Shown one piece after another: positions 20,203-30,255 of a stretch of 64,000 bases of DNA (position 1 is its first letter; every line of letters begins with the position of its first letter). Source of the stretch: an uncultured Methylomirabilota bacterium (GTDB lineage Bacteria; Methylomirabilota; Methylomirabilia; Methylomirabilales; 2-02-FULL-66-22); assembly GCA_963705305.1 (NCBI GenBank), contig OY970067.1:256001-320000 (forward strand). The letters run 5' to 3'. Position numbers and translations under genes: made by a program. The notes under the pieces are model-generated. The model had not been told where the DNA came from, ran no database searches, and was given only the letters and a program-made list of their open reading frames with translations.

Positions 20203-20345
20203 AGCCAGGAGAGCGGGCAGAATCAAGAATCGATAAGGTCTTGACACCCTTCTCCTCCCCGCATAGCGTAAGCGGACGGCACCGGGACCGCCGGAGCCAA
20301 GGACAATTTTCCATCGGGGTGCGGGGATCCGCGGGAGGGGGCGGC

Positions 20346-20780
20346 ATGCGAACTGTAAAGCAGATCCTGAATCAAAAGGGGGGCACATTCTGGTCGGTCG
20401 CGCCGGATACGATGGTGGTTGACGCGCTGAGGCTCATGGCCGACAAGGACGTGGGGGCCCTGCTGGTCCTCGAAGGGGGGCGGCTGGTCGGCATCCTCTC
20501 GGAGCGCGACTACGCCAGGAAGGTGATCCTGAAAGGGAAATCCTCGCTGCAGACTCCGGTCAAACAGATCATGACCGGGCACGTCCTCTTCGTGCGGCCT
20601 GAGCAGACGGTCGAGGAGTGCATGGCGCTGGTCACCGAGCATCGGTTCCGCCACCTGCCGGTGATGGTCGGGGACAAGGTCGTGGGCATCGTGTCGATCG
20701 GGGACCTCGTCAAGGCCAGCCTCGACGAGAAGGACTTTACCATCAAGCAACTGGAGAACTACATCACGGGAAGCCGCTAG
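20346..20780 (+). CDS. CBS domain protein
   Basis: LVGILSERDY and FRHLPV...GIVSIGDLVK. Confidence 0.92.
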   Translation: MRTVKQILNQKGGTFWSVAPDTMVVDALRLMADKDVGALLVLEGGRLVGILSERDYARKVILKGKSSLQTPVKQIMTGHVLFVRPEQTVEECMALVTEHRFRHLPVMVGDKVVGIVSIGDLVKASLDEKDFTIKQLENYITGSR

Positions 20781-20828
20781 CCGCACGCTGCAGACCGGCG
20801 GCGCCGCCCGGATGGGGCGCCGGCGTCG

Positions 20829-21974
20829 CTACTTCGCCGTCAGGGCCTGGATGATGTCCACGTTGTTGGGCGGGCAGCCCCGCACGTGGCGCGGGAGGCG
20901 CCGCGCCTCGGGCAGCCCGCAGGTGCCGACGCTGACGAGCAGCTCCTGCGGGATGCCCGCCGGAATCGGCGTCGGTCCGGCCACGACGGTGAGACCGCGG
21001 GCGCGCTCGAGGGAGCCATCCGCGCGCATGTCGAACAGGGAGCTCAAGAGGCCGTTCCGGCAGCCCGTGCAGGTCCCCTCTCCGTGAACGATGCGGATGC
21101 CTGCCTGGTCGATGCGGTGGTCCTCCTCGCAGCGAACGAAGCGCCGCCGCACCCCGGCCACGGCTTCGCCCACGACCTCGATCCGCCCCAGGTCCATGCA
21201 GCCCAGCCCGCGCTCGCTCGCGGCCGCCGTGATCGGGACTTCCTCCGGCTGAAAGCCCATGACCCCGCCCGCCACGGCATCCACGGCCACCAGGTCGCGG
21301 CCCGCCAGGATCAGCCCCATCTCCACCGGCAGGCCCATCAGCGGCCCCATGCCCTCTTGACCGATGAGGCCGTCCACCACGGCAAACACCGGCTTGAAGT
21401 GGGCCACCAGATCCACCGCGCCCTCGAACATGCCCAGCAGGTGGATCCGGCGCTTATCGCCGTCGGTGACCAGGCCTTTCAGGTTCTTCAGGGCCAATGT
21501 TGCCTGCCCCTGATCGTGGGTCTTCAGCACCGGAACGCTGATGATCGCATCCGCCCGCTCCGCCAGCTCGAAGGTCGTGATCTCGGTCAGGACCCGTCCG
21601 CCAACGACCGGCACCTGCACAGTCGGGCCCGACTTCAGGTCCACCACCTCGTAGCCCTGATCCCGAAGATCCTCATAGCCCATGATCCGGTAGGCGGCCT
21701 CGGTGTCCGCGCCCCTCGCCGAGGATTCGGCGATGACGGGCCGGGCCCCCAGCTCGCGCACCATGTCCGCCACCGCCTGGCAGACCAGGGCGCTGGTACA
21801 GGCCCCCGCCTCTACCGATGCCGGCGCCGCCACCAGGTTCGGCTTCACGATCACCAGCATGCCGGACCGGACCACGCCAGCCAGGCCTCCGGTCAGACTC
21901 ACGGCCCGCCGCACGGCGGCGGCCACCTGGCCGCGATCGCGTCCCCCGGCCCTGACGATGGACACTCTGGTCAT
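20829..21974 (-). CDS. DUF362 domain Fe-S protein
   Basis: VKPNL, LKTH, ALKNLKG, GMGP, DLVAVDA; C-terminal CTGC, GTC, GCPP. Confidence 0.85.
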   Translation of the reverse strand: MTRVSIVRAGGRDRGQVAAAVRRAVSLTGGLAGVVRSGMLVIVKPNLVAAPASVEAGACTSALVCQAVADMVRELGARPVIAESSARGADTEAAYRIMGYEDLRDQGYEVVDLKSGPTVQVPVVGGRVLTEITTFELAERADAIISVPVLKTHDQGQATLALKNLKGLVTDGDKRRIHLLGMFEGAVDLVAHFKPVFAVVDGLIGQEGMGPLMGLPVEMGLILAGRDLVAVDAVAGGVMGFQPEEVPITAAASERGLGCMDLGRIEVVGEAVAGVRRRFVRCEEDHRIDQAGIRIVHGEGTCTGCRNGLLSSLFDMRADGSLERARGLTVVAGPTPIPAGIPQELLVSVGTCGLPEARRLPRHVRGCPPNNVDIIQALTAK

Positions 21975-22048
21975 TTCGCACCCTCTCCGCCAGCCATCGG
22001 TTGTTTCTGCGCTCCGTTTACACTAGTATAACTCCATTCCGAGAATAT

Positions 22049-22201
22049 CTCACCGCCAAGGCGCCAAGAGTGCCACGGCTGGAATGGGCGAAATACCCCG
22101 TGACTCGAGCCGCGTCGAGCTCCCCGGAGGGGGCGTTCCGGAGCGCGGAGTCAAGCCAGCCGAACTCCGTGGAGTGTGGGACCCTGGCGTCATGGCGGTT
22201 C
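22049..22201. repeat. REP-like palindromic intergenic element
   Basis: CACCGCCAAGGCGCCAAG is inverted-complementary to CCTGGCGTCATGGCGGTT; internal short stems. Confidence 0.5.
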
Positions 22202-22269
22202 AAGAACTCTTTCGGTTCATGGGAAGAGGGCCCGCAAGGGTCCGCCACATTCTCCCGGAGGATCGTCCC

Positions 22270-23160
22270 ATGACGCTCGACCCGCAGGCGGTTGCGTACC
22301 TCGAGCAACAGGCGACACTCGACATTCCACCCATCCACGAACAGACCCCCCAGGAGGCCCGGCGCCGGATGGAAGAGAGCGCCCCGGCCCAGGCCGGTCC
22401 CGGCGAGGACGTGCGCGTTCAGGACGCCACCATCGCCGGTGTTCCGGTGCGAGTCTTCGAGCCGCACCACACCGCCGATCCGCCCACCCTCCTCTTCTTT
22501 CATGGCGGCGGCTGGGTGATCGGCAGCGTCCGCACCCACGACCGTCCCTGCCGGGCACTGGCGCATCGGGCTGGCTGTCGCGTGGTGTCGGTTGAGTACC
22601 GCCTGGCCCCCGAACACCCCTTCCCGGCCGCCCTCGAGGACTGCTGGGCGGTCACCGAGGCGGTGGGGGCCAACTCCCGCGCCATCGCCGTGGGGGGCGA
22701 CAGCGCGGGCGGCAACCTCGCCGCCGTGGTCGCCATGCGGGCCCGCGACGGAGTGCTGCCGCTCCGCCTCCAGTTGCTGCTCTACCCGGTCACCGACTGC
22801 GACCTGGACCGGCCGTCCTATCGGACCTACGGCACCGGGTACGGCCTCACCCGGGAGGCCATGCGCTGGTTCTGGGCCCACTACATGGGCAGGACACCCT
22901 GGGATCACCCCGAGGCGTCGCCGCTTCGGGCCCGCGACCTATCGGGGGCCGCCCCGGCTCTGGTGATGGTCTGCGAGTACGATCCCCTGCACGACGAGGG
23001 CGCGGCCTACGCCGAGCGCCTCCGGGAATCCAGGACCCCCGTCCACCTCATCCGGCAGCGGGGAATGATCCATGGCTTCCTGCGATTGGGGGCGGTCATG
23101 GATCGCACCACCCCCGCGTACGACCAGTGCGCCGCGGCCCTCCGCCGGGTCTTCGCCTGA
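22270..23160 (+). CDS. Alpha/beta hydrolase, HSL-type esterase/lipase
   Basis: HGGGW, YRLAPEHPFPA, GDSAGG, DPLHDE, HGF. Confidence 0.93.
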   Translation: MTLDPQAVAYLEQQATLDIPPIHEQTPQEARRRMEESAPAQAGPGEDVRVQDATIAGVPVRVFEPHHTADPPTLLFFHGGGWVIGSVRTHDRPCRALAHRAGCRVVSVEYRLAPEHPFPAALEDCWAVTEAVGANSRAIAVGGDSAGGNLAAVVAMRARDGVLPLRLQLLLYPVTDCDLDRPSYRTYGTGYGLTREAMRWFWAHYMGRTPWDHPEASPLRARDLSGAAPALVMVCEYDPLHDEGAAYAERLRESRTPVHLIRQRGMIHGFLRLGAVMDRTTPAYDQCAAALRRVFA

Positions 23161-23199
23161 GGCCGACGGGCCGATCGTCCAGGTCGGGTGGCGCGCGCG

Positions 23200-24507
23200 T
23201 TAGATCACGGAATCCTGGATCCGGCTGTCGAATACGCGCTTCGTCTTGCGCTCGGAGCGGGGCAGCGACCCGTAGTCCACCACCTCGATCTCCGGCGTCA
23301 CCAACAGCCTGTGCTTGACGGTGTGGACGATCTCCCGCGCCAGCTCCCCGCCCCGCCCCCCCTCCACCCCTTGGCCCCGCTCCACCACGACTCGCAGGTG
23401 ATCGCGTCCCTCGGCGTCGCGGACGAGGCGGATCTGGTACTCGGAGCCGAGACCGGGGATGCCCGAGAGGACGGCGTCCACGGAGGAGGGATAGATATTC
23501 ACTCCCCGGAACTTGAACATGTCGTCCGTCCGCCCGCTGATCCGCGAGTGGCGCGGCAGGATCGATCCGCAGGTGCAGGGCCCCGGGATGATCCGGGTGA
23601 TGTCGCGGGTCCGGTAGCGGATAAGGGGGGCCGCCTCCTTGGCCAGGCTGGTGACGACCATCTCCCCCCACTCTCCCGGCGGCAGCGGCCGCAGGGTCTC
23701 CGGGTCCAGGATCTCCAGGATGTAGTAGTCGGCCCAGTAGTGAATGCAGTCGTGGTGGGGGCACTCGATCCCCGTGCCCGGGCCGTACAGCTCGGTGAGC
23801 CCCGGGATGTCGAAGAGCTCCACGCCGCCCAACAGGTCCGAGATCTTCTTCCGCATGGACACCGACGAGCGCTCTGCCCCGTAGATGATCTTCCGAAGAT
23901 TGATCTTTTCCGCCAAGCCGCGCTTGTGGACCTCCTCCGCCAAGAGCAGACCCATGGAGGCGGTGCAGCAGAAGACCGTCGGCTGGAGATCCACCAGCAG
24001 CTCGCACTGGAGCTCCATGTTCCCCGGCCCGACCGGGACGGCCAGGGCCCCCAACCGCTCGCAGCCGGCCTGGAAGCCGATCCCGGCCGTCCAGAGCCCG
24101 TACCCAACGGCGATCTGCACGCGGTCCAGGGGCGTCACCCCGGCCATCTCGTAGCAGCGGGCGAAGAGGCGGGCCCAGTCGTCCACATCCTTCCGCGTGT
24201 AGCAGAGGATCTTCCGCTTCCCGGTCGTGCCCGACGAGGAGTGGACGCGCACGATCTGCTCGAAGGGCACCGACCGCAACGGGAACGGGTATTCCTCCCG
24301 CAGATCCTCCGCGGTGGTGAAGGGGAGCCGCTGAATGTCCTCCAGGCAGCGGATGTCCTCCGGCCGGACGGCTGCGCCGTCTAGCCGAGCCCGGTAGCCG
24401 GCCGAGCCTTCCCGGGCGTGGCGCACGGTCCACCGCAGGCCGGTGAGCTGGTGGGCGGCGAGCTCTTCCTCGGAGCGAAAGGACGGCAGGAACGTCACTC
24501 TGCTCAT
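23200..24507 (-). CDS. paaK: Phenylacetate-CoA ligase family protein
   Basis: HSSSGTTGK, YGLWTAG, LIRYRTRD, GRTDDM, LPRSERKTKRV. Confidence 0.88.
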   Translation of the reverse strand: MSRVTFLPSFRSEEELAAHQLTGLRWTVRHAREGSAGYRARLDGAAVRPEDIRCLEDIQRLPFTTAEDLREEYPFPLRSVPFEQIVRVHSSSGTTGKRKILCYTRKDVDDWARLFARCYEMAGVTPLDRVQIAVGYGLWTAGIGFQAGCERLGALAVPVGPGNMELQCELLVDLQPTVFCCTASMGLLLAEEVHKRGLAEKINLRKIIYGAERSSVSMRKKISDLLGGVELFDIPGLTELYGPGTGIECPHHDCIHYWADYYILEILDPETLRPLPPGEWGEMVVTSLAKEAAPLIRYRTRDITRIIPGPCTCGSILPRHSRISGRTDDMFKFRGVNIYPSSVDAVLSGIPGLGSEYQIRLVRDAEGRDHLRVVVERGQGVEGGRGGELAREIVHTVKHRLLVTPEIEVVDYGSLPRSERKTKRVFDSRIQDSVI

Positions 24508-24595
24508 GTCTGGCTTCTCCAATCGAATGTCGGTCAGTCCGCCGGCCCCCCAGCGGCTGCGGGCGGGAACATCCTTCGACGCCGCCCCCGGGCGG

Positions 24596-25102
24596 TCACG
24601 GGGATGCCTCGCAGCCCATCCGGAAGGCCGCCAGGGTCCGCTCGAGATGCCGGGCCGGGACGACGGTCCGGAGGACTCCCTCGAAGGACGCCGGATCGGC
24701 AAACAACCCGCCCCGAGCGGCGGCGAATCCCAGCAGCACCACATTGGCCGCCACGGCCGCCCCCGCCTGCCTGGCCAGACCGGAAGCGTCCGCCGCGGCG
24801 CCCCCCGACGAATTCGTCGCGTTGACGAAGACGGCAGCCTCCGGTCTGAGATAGTGGCCGTGCACGGGAAGATTGCCGGCGTCGAGAAAGAGCCCGACCT
24901 CCGCCTCTCCGGAGGCGATGAGGGGGCCGAAGAACGGGCCGACCTTGACCATGGAGACGACCGCCCCTCCCCGCTGGGCCATTCCGTGCGTCTCCGAGGT
25001 GATGACCTCGTGCCCCGCCACGGCGGCCGCCTCCGCCAGCACGCGCGTCAGGGTGAGGACCCCCTGCCCTCCCCGGCCGCTGATGATGATCCGCTGTTTC
25101 AC
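24596..25102 (-). CDS. iorB: Indolepyruvate:ferredoxin oxidoreductase beta subunit
   Basis: ISGRGGQG and SETHGMAQRGG; GTG start overlaps the iorA stop. Confidence 0.88.
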   Translation of the reverse strand: MKQRIIISGRGGQGVLTLTRVLAEAAAVAGHEVITSETHGMAQRGGAVVSMVKVGPFFGPLIASGEAEVGLFLDAGNLPVHGHYLRPEAAVFVNATNSSGGAAADASGLARQAGAAVAANVVLLGFAAARGGLFADPASFEGVLRTVVPARHLERTLAAFRMGCEASP

Positions 25103-26928
25103 GCCGGGCCTCCCGGATCGGCCACGATGGCCCCGGCCCGGCAGGCGGCGAGGCACACGCCACATCCCCGGCACGCCTCCCGGATGATGCGGGCCATGCC
25201 GGCGGCCTCGTCCCATCCGATGGCGGGGCACTCGAAGTCCGTGAGGCACACCCGGCAGCCGGTGCACTCGTCGGTCACGCGCACGGATTGGAGCGTCTCC
25301 GGCTCCCCGGCCTTGGCCTGGAGGACACAGGGGTGGGAGGCAATGATCACCGCCACCCCTCCGGATTCGCTGCGAATATGGCCGTCGGCCTGGCGGAGGC
25401 AATCGGTGAAACCCTGCACGTCGTAGGGATCCACTTCCCGCAGGAACGTGACACCCGCCGCCCGGACTATGTCCTGGATGTGGACGGGCTGGCTGGGCTG
25501 GCCGAAGGCGTTCCGCCCCAGCTGCGGCGTGGGCTGATGGCCGGTCATGGCGGTGGTGCCGTTGTCCAGGATCACCAGAATAAACCGCGCCCCCTGGGAC
25601 ACGGCGTTCACGAGGGCCGGGACCCCCGAGTGGAAGAAGGTCGAATCGCCGATGCTGGCCACGATGGTGGGGAAGTCTTTCCCGTCCTGGGCGTAGGCGT
25701 GATAGAAGCCCGCCGCCTGGCTGACCCCCGCCCCCATGCAGTGGCAGGTGTCCACCGCCCCGAGGTTCACGCCCAGCGTGTAGCAGCCGATGTCCCCGGG
25801 GAAGATTCCCTGCGGGAACGTCTGCCGGATGGCGTAGAAGGCCGCGCGGTGCCCGCAGCCCGCGCACAGGGTGGGGCGCGCGCCGGCTTCATGCGAAGTC
25901 GGGGCCGGGAGCGCCGCCTCCAGGCCCAGGAACTTCCCCAGGACCCGCCGGATGACCTCGGGCGTCAGCTCTCCCTCATCGGGGACCAGTCCCGACCGCC
26001 TGCCGGCGACCCGCGGGCTCGGAAGCTGCATCTCGATCACTGGGTACGCCTCCTCGAAGACCAGCAGCCGCTCGTAGCCGGGGAGGATCGCGTTCGTGAC
26101 CTCCACCGGCAGCGGATAGGGAGCCGTCACCTGATAGAGATCCACCCTGCCGGAGAGCCCCATCTCGTCCAGGACATCCCGGGTGTGCGCGAAGGCCACG
26201 CCCGAGCCGATGATGCAGCTTCGCGGGAATGTTCCGTCGCCCGGCACGCGGAGCGGGGCCACCCGAGGGTCGGCGGCCAGCCGGTGCAGCTTTTCGCTCA
26301 GGATTCGGTGCAGCTCCAGGACGTAGCGGGGCGTGGCCGACCAACGCTTCGGGTCCCTTTCGAAGCGGGCCGCGCGCGCCTCCCGCACCGGCTCGGCCAG
26401 CGGAACCGCCTGGCGGGCATGGCAGATCCTGGTCGTCAACCGCAGCATGATCGGCAGTTCGTACGCCTCCGACAGCTCCAGAGCCAGCCGGACCATCTCC
26501 TTGGCCTCGCGGGGGCTGGACGGGTCCAGGACCGGGATCTTGGCGAACATGGCGAAGAACCGGCTGTCCTGCTCTGTCTGGGAGCTGTGGGGCCCCAGAT
26601 CGTCCGCCGAGACGACCAGAAACCCCCCTTTGACCCCCAGGTAGGCCGAGCGCATGAATGGGTCGGAGGCCACGTTCAGCCCCACCTGCTTCATGGACAC
26701 GGCGGCCCGCTTGCCCGTGTAGCTGGCGGCCAGGGCGGTCTCGTAGGCAACCTTCTCGTTGACTGACCACTCGGCGTGGATGCGGTGCCCGGTCTCCTGC
26801 GAGAAGGCAACCACCGCCTCCAGGATCTCCGAGGCGGGCGTGCCCGGGTAGGAAGCCGCCGCGGAGCAGCCGCACTCCACGATGCCGCGGCCGACAGCCT
26901 CGTTGCCCATGAGGACCCTGCGCGTCAC
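25099..26928 (-). CDS. iorA: Indolepyruvate:ferredoxin oxidoreductase alpha subunit
   Basis: MGNEA, YPGTP, NEKVA, SSQTEQD, LCAGCGH, GDIGCY, GDSTFFH, C-terminal ferredoxin. Confidence 0.93.
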   Translation of the reverse strand: MTRRVLMGNEAVGRGIVECGCSAAASYPGTPASEILEAVVAFSQETGHRIHAEWSVNEKVAYETALAASYTGKRAAVSMKQVGLNVASDPFMRSAYLGVKGGFLVVSADDLGPHSSQTEQDSRFFAMFAKIPVLDPSSPREAKEMVRLALELSEAYELPIMLRLTTRICHARQAVPLAEPVREARAARFERDPKRWSATPRYVLELHRILSEKLHRLAADPRVAPLRVPGDGTFPRSCIIGSGVAFAHTRDVLDEMGLSGRVDLYQVTAPYPLPVEVTNAILPGYERLLVFEEAYPVIEMQLPSPRVAGRRSGLVPDEGELTPEVIRRVLGKFLGLEAALPAPTSHEAGARPTLCAGCGHRAAFYAIRQTFPQGIFPGDIGCYTLGVNLGAVDTCHCMGAGVSQAAGFYHAYAQDGKDFPTIVASIGDSTFFHSGVPALVNAVSQGARFILVILDNGTTAMTGHQPTPQLGRNAFGQPSQPVHIQDIVRAAGVTFLREVDPYDVQGFTDCLRQADGHIRSESGGVAVIIASHPCVLQAKAGEPETLQSVRVTDECTGCRVCLTDFECPAIGWDEAAGMARIIREACRGCGVCLAACRAGAIVADPGGPA

Positions 26929-27475
26929 GCTTCCCCCTTTCCCATCAGGCCGCGGGGCCGGACGAAGAGCACCAGGAGGAGCACAACAAAGGCGATGGTA
27001 TCCTTCCAGGCGCTCGACACGTAGGCCGCGCCAGGGACTCGAGGAGACCCAAGAGCATCCCGCCCAGGATGGCCGCCGCGGCCGGGTTCGAGGCCACCCC
27101 CCGCATGGCCAGGGAGTACTTTCCCCAGATCTGTTCGATGCCGCCGCGCAGGATGATGGACAGGCCGACGGTCAGGAAGATGAGGACGAGATGATGACGC
27201 GACCGGGAGGGTCGCAGGCCCAGAAGCTCCACCAGGGCCCCGACCAGGGTGACTCCGGCCACCGCCGCGGGCAGCGCCACGATCATGGGAAGCCGAGCGG
27301 ACGTGAGCGCGGCGAAGAGCAGCATCCCCCCCAGGCAGACGAAGTCCACCTGGGTAAAATTGACGATCCCCATGGTGTTGTGGACCACACCGAAGCCGAT
27401 GGCCACCATGGCGTAAATGGCCCCGTTGGTGAGCCCCGAGAATCCAAACTGGATGAAATCGTGGACCGACCCCAT
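26925..27475 (-). pseudogene. Branched-chain amino acid ABC permease (LivH-like), internally deleted and frameshifted
   Basis: Intact-looking N-terminus GLTNGAIYAMVAIG. Middle motifs are abutted (KYSLA|MRGVASNPAAA|AILGG|MLLGLLES). The C-terminus SSAWKDTIAF...VRPRGLMG is in another frame. Confidence 0.8.
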
Positions 27476-27785
27476 CGGCGGAGGGATTCTGCCCCCTCCT
27501 CGACGCGAAAACGAGCCTGATTCATAGCTGAAATTGCGCGCCCCTGGCAAGGGAAATGCGGCGCCGGCAGCCAAAGGACTGGACCCGTGTCCGGTGGGGG
27601 AGAGTCTGGTGTGCTCCGGGGAGACCGGAGGCGGATCGTCCCCTGCACCGCGCCTGATTATGATCTACTCAGGAGAGCCCGACGCCGGCCGTCCAGCTCT
27701 TCCAGGATCGCCGGGCCGGTTCGCAGAGCGAGAGAAGGCCGGCCCTGCCGCCGGGGCTGCGTGCCGGCCGGAACGAGGGACCGCG

Positions 27786-28178
27786 TCAACGTGCGGGATT
27801 GCCAGGCGCTGCCGGCGGCCCTGCAGTCGATCCCTTGGGGGGCGCAGGCTCCGGCCGGGTCCGGTTGAGGAAATCGGCGTAGGATTCCGTGGGAATCGAG
27901 ACATCGGGCACGCGGAGGAACATCCCCTCCGTGATGCGGTTGGGATCCGGCAGCTGGTCCCGGTTGGCCTCCCAGATCCGCTCCCACTGCCGGCTGTCTC
28001 CATAGTAATACCCGGCTATCAGATGGAGATTGTCCCCCGGCCCTACCTCGTGGATGGCATCCTGATGCCGAGCCGGACCAGGGGCGCCCGCGGCGCTCGG
28101 CCCCCCGCCCAGAAGGGCCAGCGGAAAGAGAACGATGGCGAGACCCCACCGGAGCCGGCAGCGCGTTCGCACATCCAT
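27786..28178 (-). CDS. Secreted LysM domain protein
   Basis: Signal peptide plus HEVGPGDNLHLIA..YYG...WERIWEANRDQLPDPNRI. Confidence 0.85.
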   Translation of the reverse strand: MDVRTRCRLRWGLAIVLFPLALLGGGPSAAGAPGPARHQDAIHEVGPGDNLHLIAGYYYGDSRQWERIWEANRDQLPDPNRITEGMFLRVPDVSIPTESYADFLNRTRPEPAPPKGSTAGPPAAPGNPAR

Positions 28179-28354
28179 GGCAAGCCTCCTTCCCCGGGTC
28201 CTTCCCTCTGGGGGCTGGACCGGTCTGCGGGCCCCGGCCCGGCACGCCGACCGGGCACCCGCCTGGGACCCTAGCGAACGCGGCGGGGCGTGTCAAGGCG
28301 CATAGGGAATCGAGTTCCGGGACACCGGGCCCGGAAAGGGGCGGCGCCGTGGGA

Positions 28355-28615
28355 TCAGGATCCGTCCCCGGCCAAGGCGGTGGCGGTGATCTCCACGTGG
28401 GCGCCGGCCGGGAGCCCCTTCACCTCCACTGTCGTTCGGCCCGGCGGGCTGGCCGTGAAATACTCGGCGTAGATCGCGTTCATCTTGTGAAATTCGCCCA
28501 GATCCGTCATAAAGACGAAGCCTCCGGCCCTGATCCCCTGCGAATATGGCCCCGCCGGCGGACCCGCCTTGTCCGTCTGGACGACGTGGATGGCCCTGCC
28601 CGTCCCCCGTGCCAT
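28355..28615 (-). pseudogene. RidA family protein with internal deletion
   Basis: GPYSQGIRAGGFVF joins directly to MTDLGEFHKMN...PPGRT...LP...VEI; the SGQ...QT...N segment is absent. Confidence 0.75.
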
Positions 28616-28757
28616 GCTCCCGCCTCCTTTCACACCTGTGGATCGATTCATGTGCCCCCCGGCGAGGTCCCGGAGCGGTCGCATCCAGGCAAGGGGACCC
28701 GCCGCCCGGAGTGGAGAGGCCGGCGGCGTCCGGCCTGCGCAGATTGGCGACCGGAAT

Positions 28758-30068
28758 TCAGAGGATATTGGCGGCCAGCTCGGCGAGCTCGGAGCGTTCG
28801 CCCTTCAAGAGCTCGATGTGCGCGGCGATCGGCAGCGAACGGAACTTGCTCACCACGTAGTTGAAGCCGTTCGACGAGGAGTCCACGTACGGGTTGTCGA
28901 TCTGGTAGGGGTCGCCGGTGAGGACGATCTTCGTGCCGTGGCCCACGCGCGTGATGATGGTCTTGACTTCCAAGGGGGTGAGGTTCTGCGCCTCGTCCAC
29001 CACGATGAACTGGTTGGCGATGTTGCGCCCGCGGATGTAGCTCAGTGCCTCGATGGCGATCGTCCCGGAGCGCATCAGGTCCCCCGCTCGGCGCTGTTCG
29101 TTCCCCATGTTCAGGTCGCTCAGCATCTCCAGCGCGTCCTGGATCGGTTGCATCCAGGGCTCCAGTTTCTCCTCCAGGGAGCCGGGGAGGTACCCCAGCT
29201 CCCGTCCCATGGGGATGGTGGGCCGGGCCACCACCAGCCGCCGGTAGTCCCGATCCTGCACGGTCTTACGCAGGCCGGCGGCCAGGGCCAGGAGGGTCTT
29301 GCCCGTGCCGGCTTTCCCCATCAGCGTGACCAGCCGGATGCGCTCGTCCAGGAGGGCGTCGAAGGTGAAGTGCTGCTCCCGATTGCGGGGACGCACGCCC
29401 CACGCCCCTTCCCGGCTGTCCAGGATCGGCACCAGCCGGTCGCCCAGGCTCCCCACCCGGGCCAGGGCCGTCCGCTTCAGATTGGTCTCGTCGGTGAGCG
29501 TGCAGTACTCATTGGGGCTGTGCGGCCCGTTGCCGTTCAAGGGAAGCTCCCCCTGGACCCGGAAGGCCGCCATGGCCTCGGGACCCACCAGGAGCTCGAA
29601 CACGCCCCTGTACAGGTCCTGGATGTGAACGTGGTCGGTCTCGTAGTCCTCCGCCTGAAGGCCCACCGCGTCCGCCTTGATCCGGAGGTTGATGTCCTTG
29701 GTCACCAGGATGGTGGGAACGAGCGGATCGGCCTGCTGGATGTCGCGGGTCAGGGCGATCAGCCGGTCGTCCACGGTGGTGCCGTTCACCGTCACGGAGG
29801 GGTTGCCGTTCCGGCCGTGGAGGAGGATGCGGATCCGGCCGCCGGCGGGCAGGGCCACGCCTTCGCTCAGGCGTCCCTGGCCCCGCAAGGAATCGAGGAG
29901 CCGCGAGACGGCCCGGGCATTCTGGCCGCGGTCGCTGGACTCCCGCTTGAAGCGGTCGATCTCTTCGATGACCTCGATGGGAATGAGAATACTGTTTTCC
30001 TGGAAGCTGAGAAGGGAGTGGGGATCGTGGAGCAGGACGTTCGTGTCAAGAATGTAATTCTTGATCAA
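28758..30068 (-). CDS. PIN-PhoH family protein (PhoH2/YlaK-like)
   Basis: LDTNVLLHDP PIN domain, GKAGTGKT Walker A, IRGR, DEAQN, GDPYQID; TTG start assumed. Confidence 0.92.
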   Translation of the reverse strand: MIKNYILDTNVLLHDPHSLLSFQENSILIPIEVIEEIDRFKRESSDRGQNARAVSRLLDSLRGQGRLSEGVALPAGGRIRILLHGRNGNPSVTVNGTTVDDRLIALTRDIQQADPLVPTILVTKDINLRIKADAVGLQAEDYETDHVHIQDLYRGVFELLVGPEAMAAFRVQGELPLNGNGPHSPNEYCTLTDETNLKRTALARVGSLGDRLVPILDSREGAWGVRPRNREQHFTFDALLDERIRLVTLMGKAGTGKTLLALAAGLRKTVQDRDYRRLVVARPTIPMGRELGYLPGSLEEKLEPWMQPIQDALEMLSDLNMGNEQRRAGDLMRSGTIAIEALSYIRGRNIANQFIVVDEAQNLTPLEVKTIITRVGHGTKIVLTGDPYQIDNPYVDSSSNGFNYVVSKFRSLPIAAHIELLKGERSELAELAANIL

Positions 30069-30255
30069 GGTTCGTTGGGCTCCTCCCGGCGCCGTCGTGC
30101 GTTCTGACCCCTCAATCGTTGGGGTAGTATACACTATGCGCGGGAGGTGTGACAAAATAGTTTCTGCTCTGTGAAGGTTTTCCCCGGAAAGCAAAAGGGT
30201 GAGGCGCCCGGCCCGGCGCCCCACCCCGTGTTGCCGCCCGCGAATAGCCGGCGAC

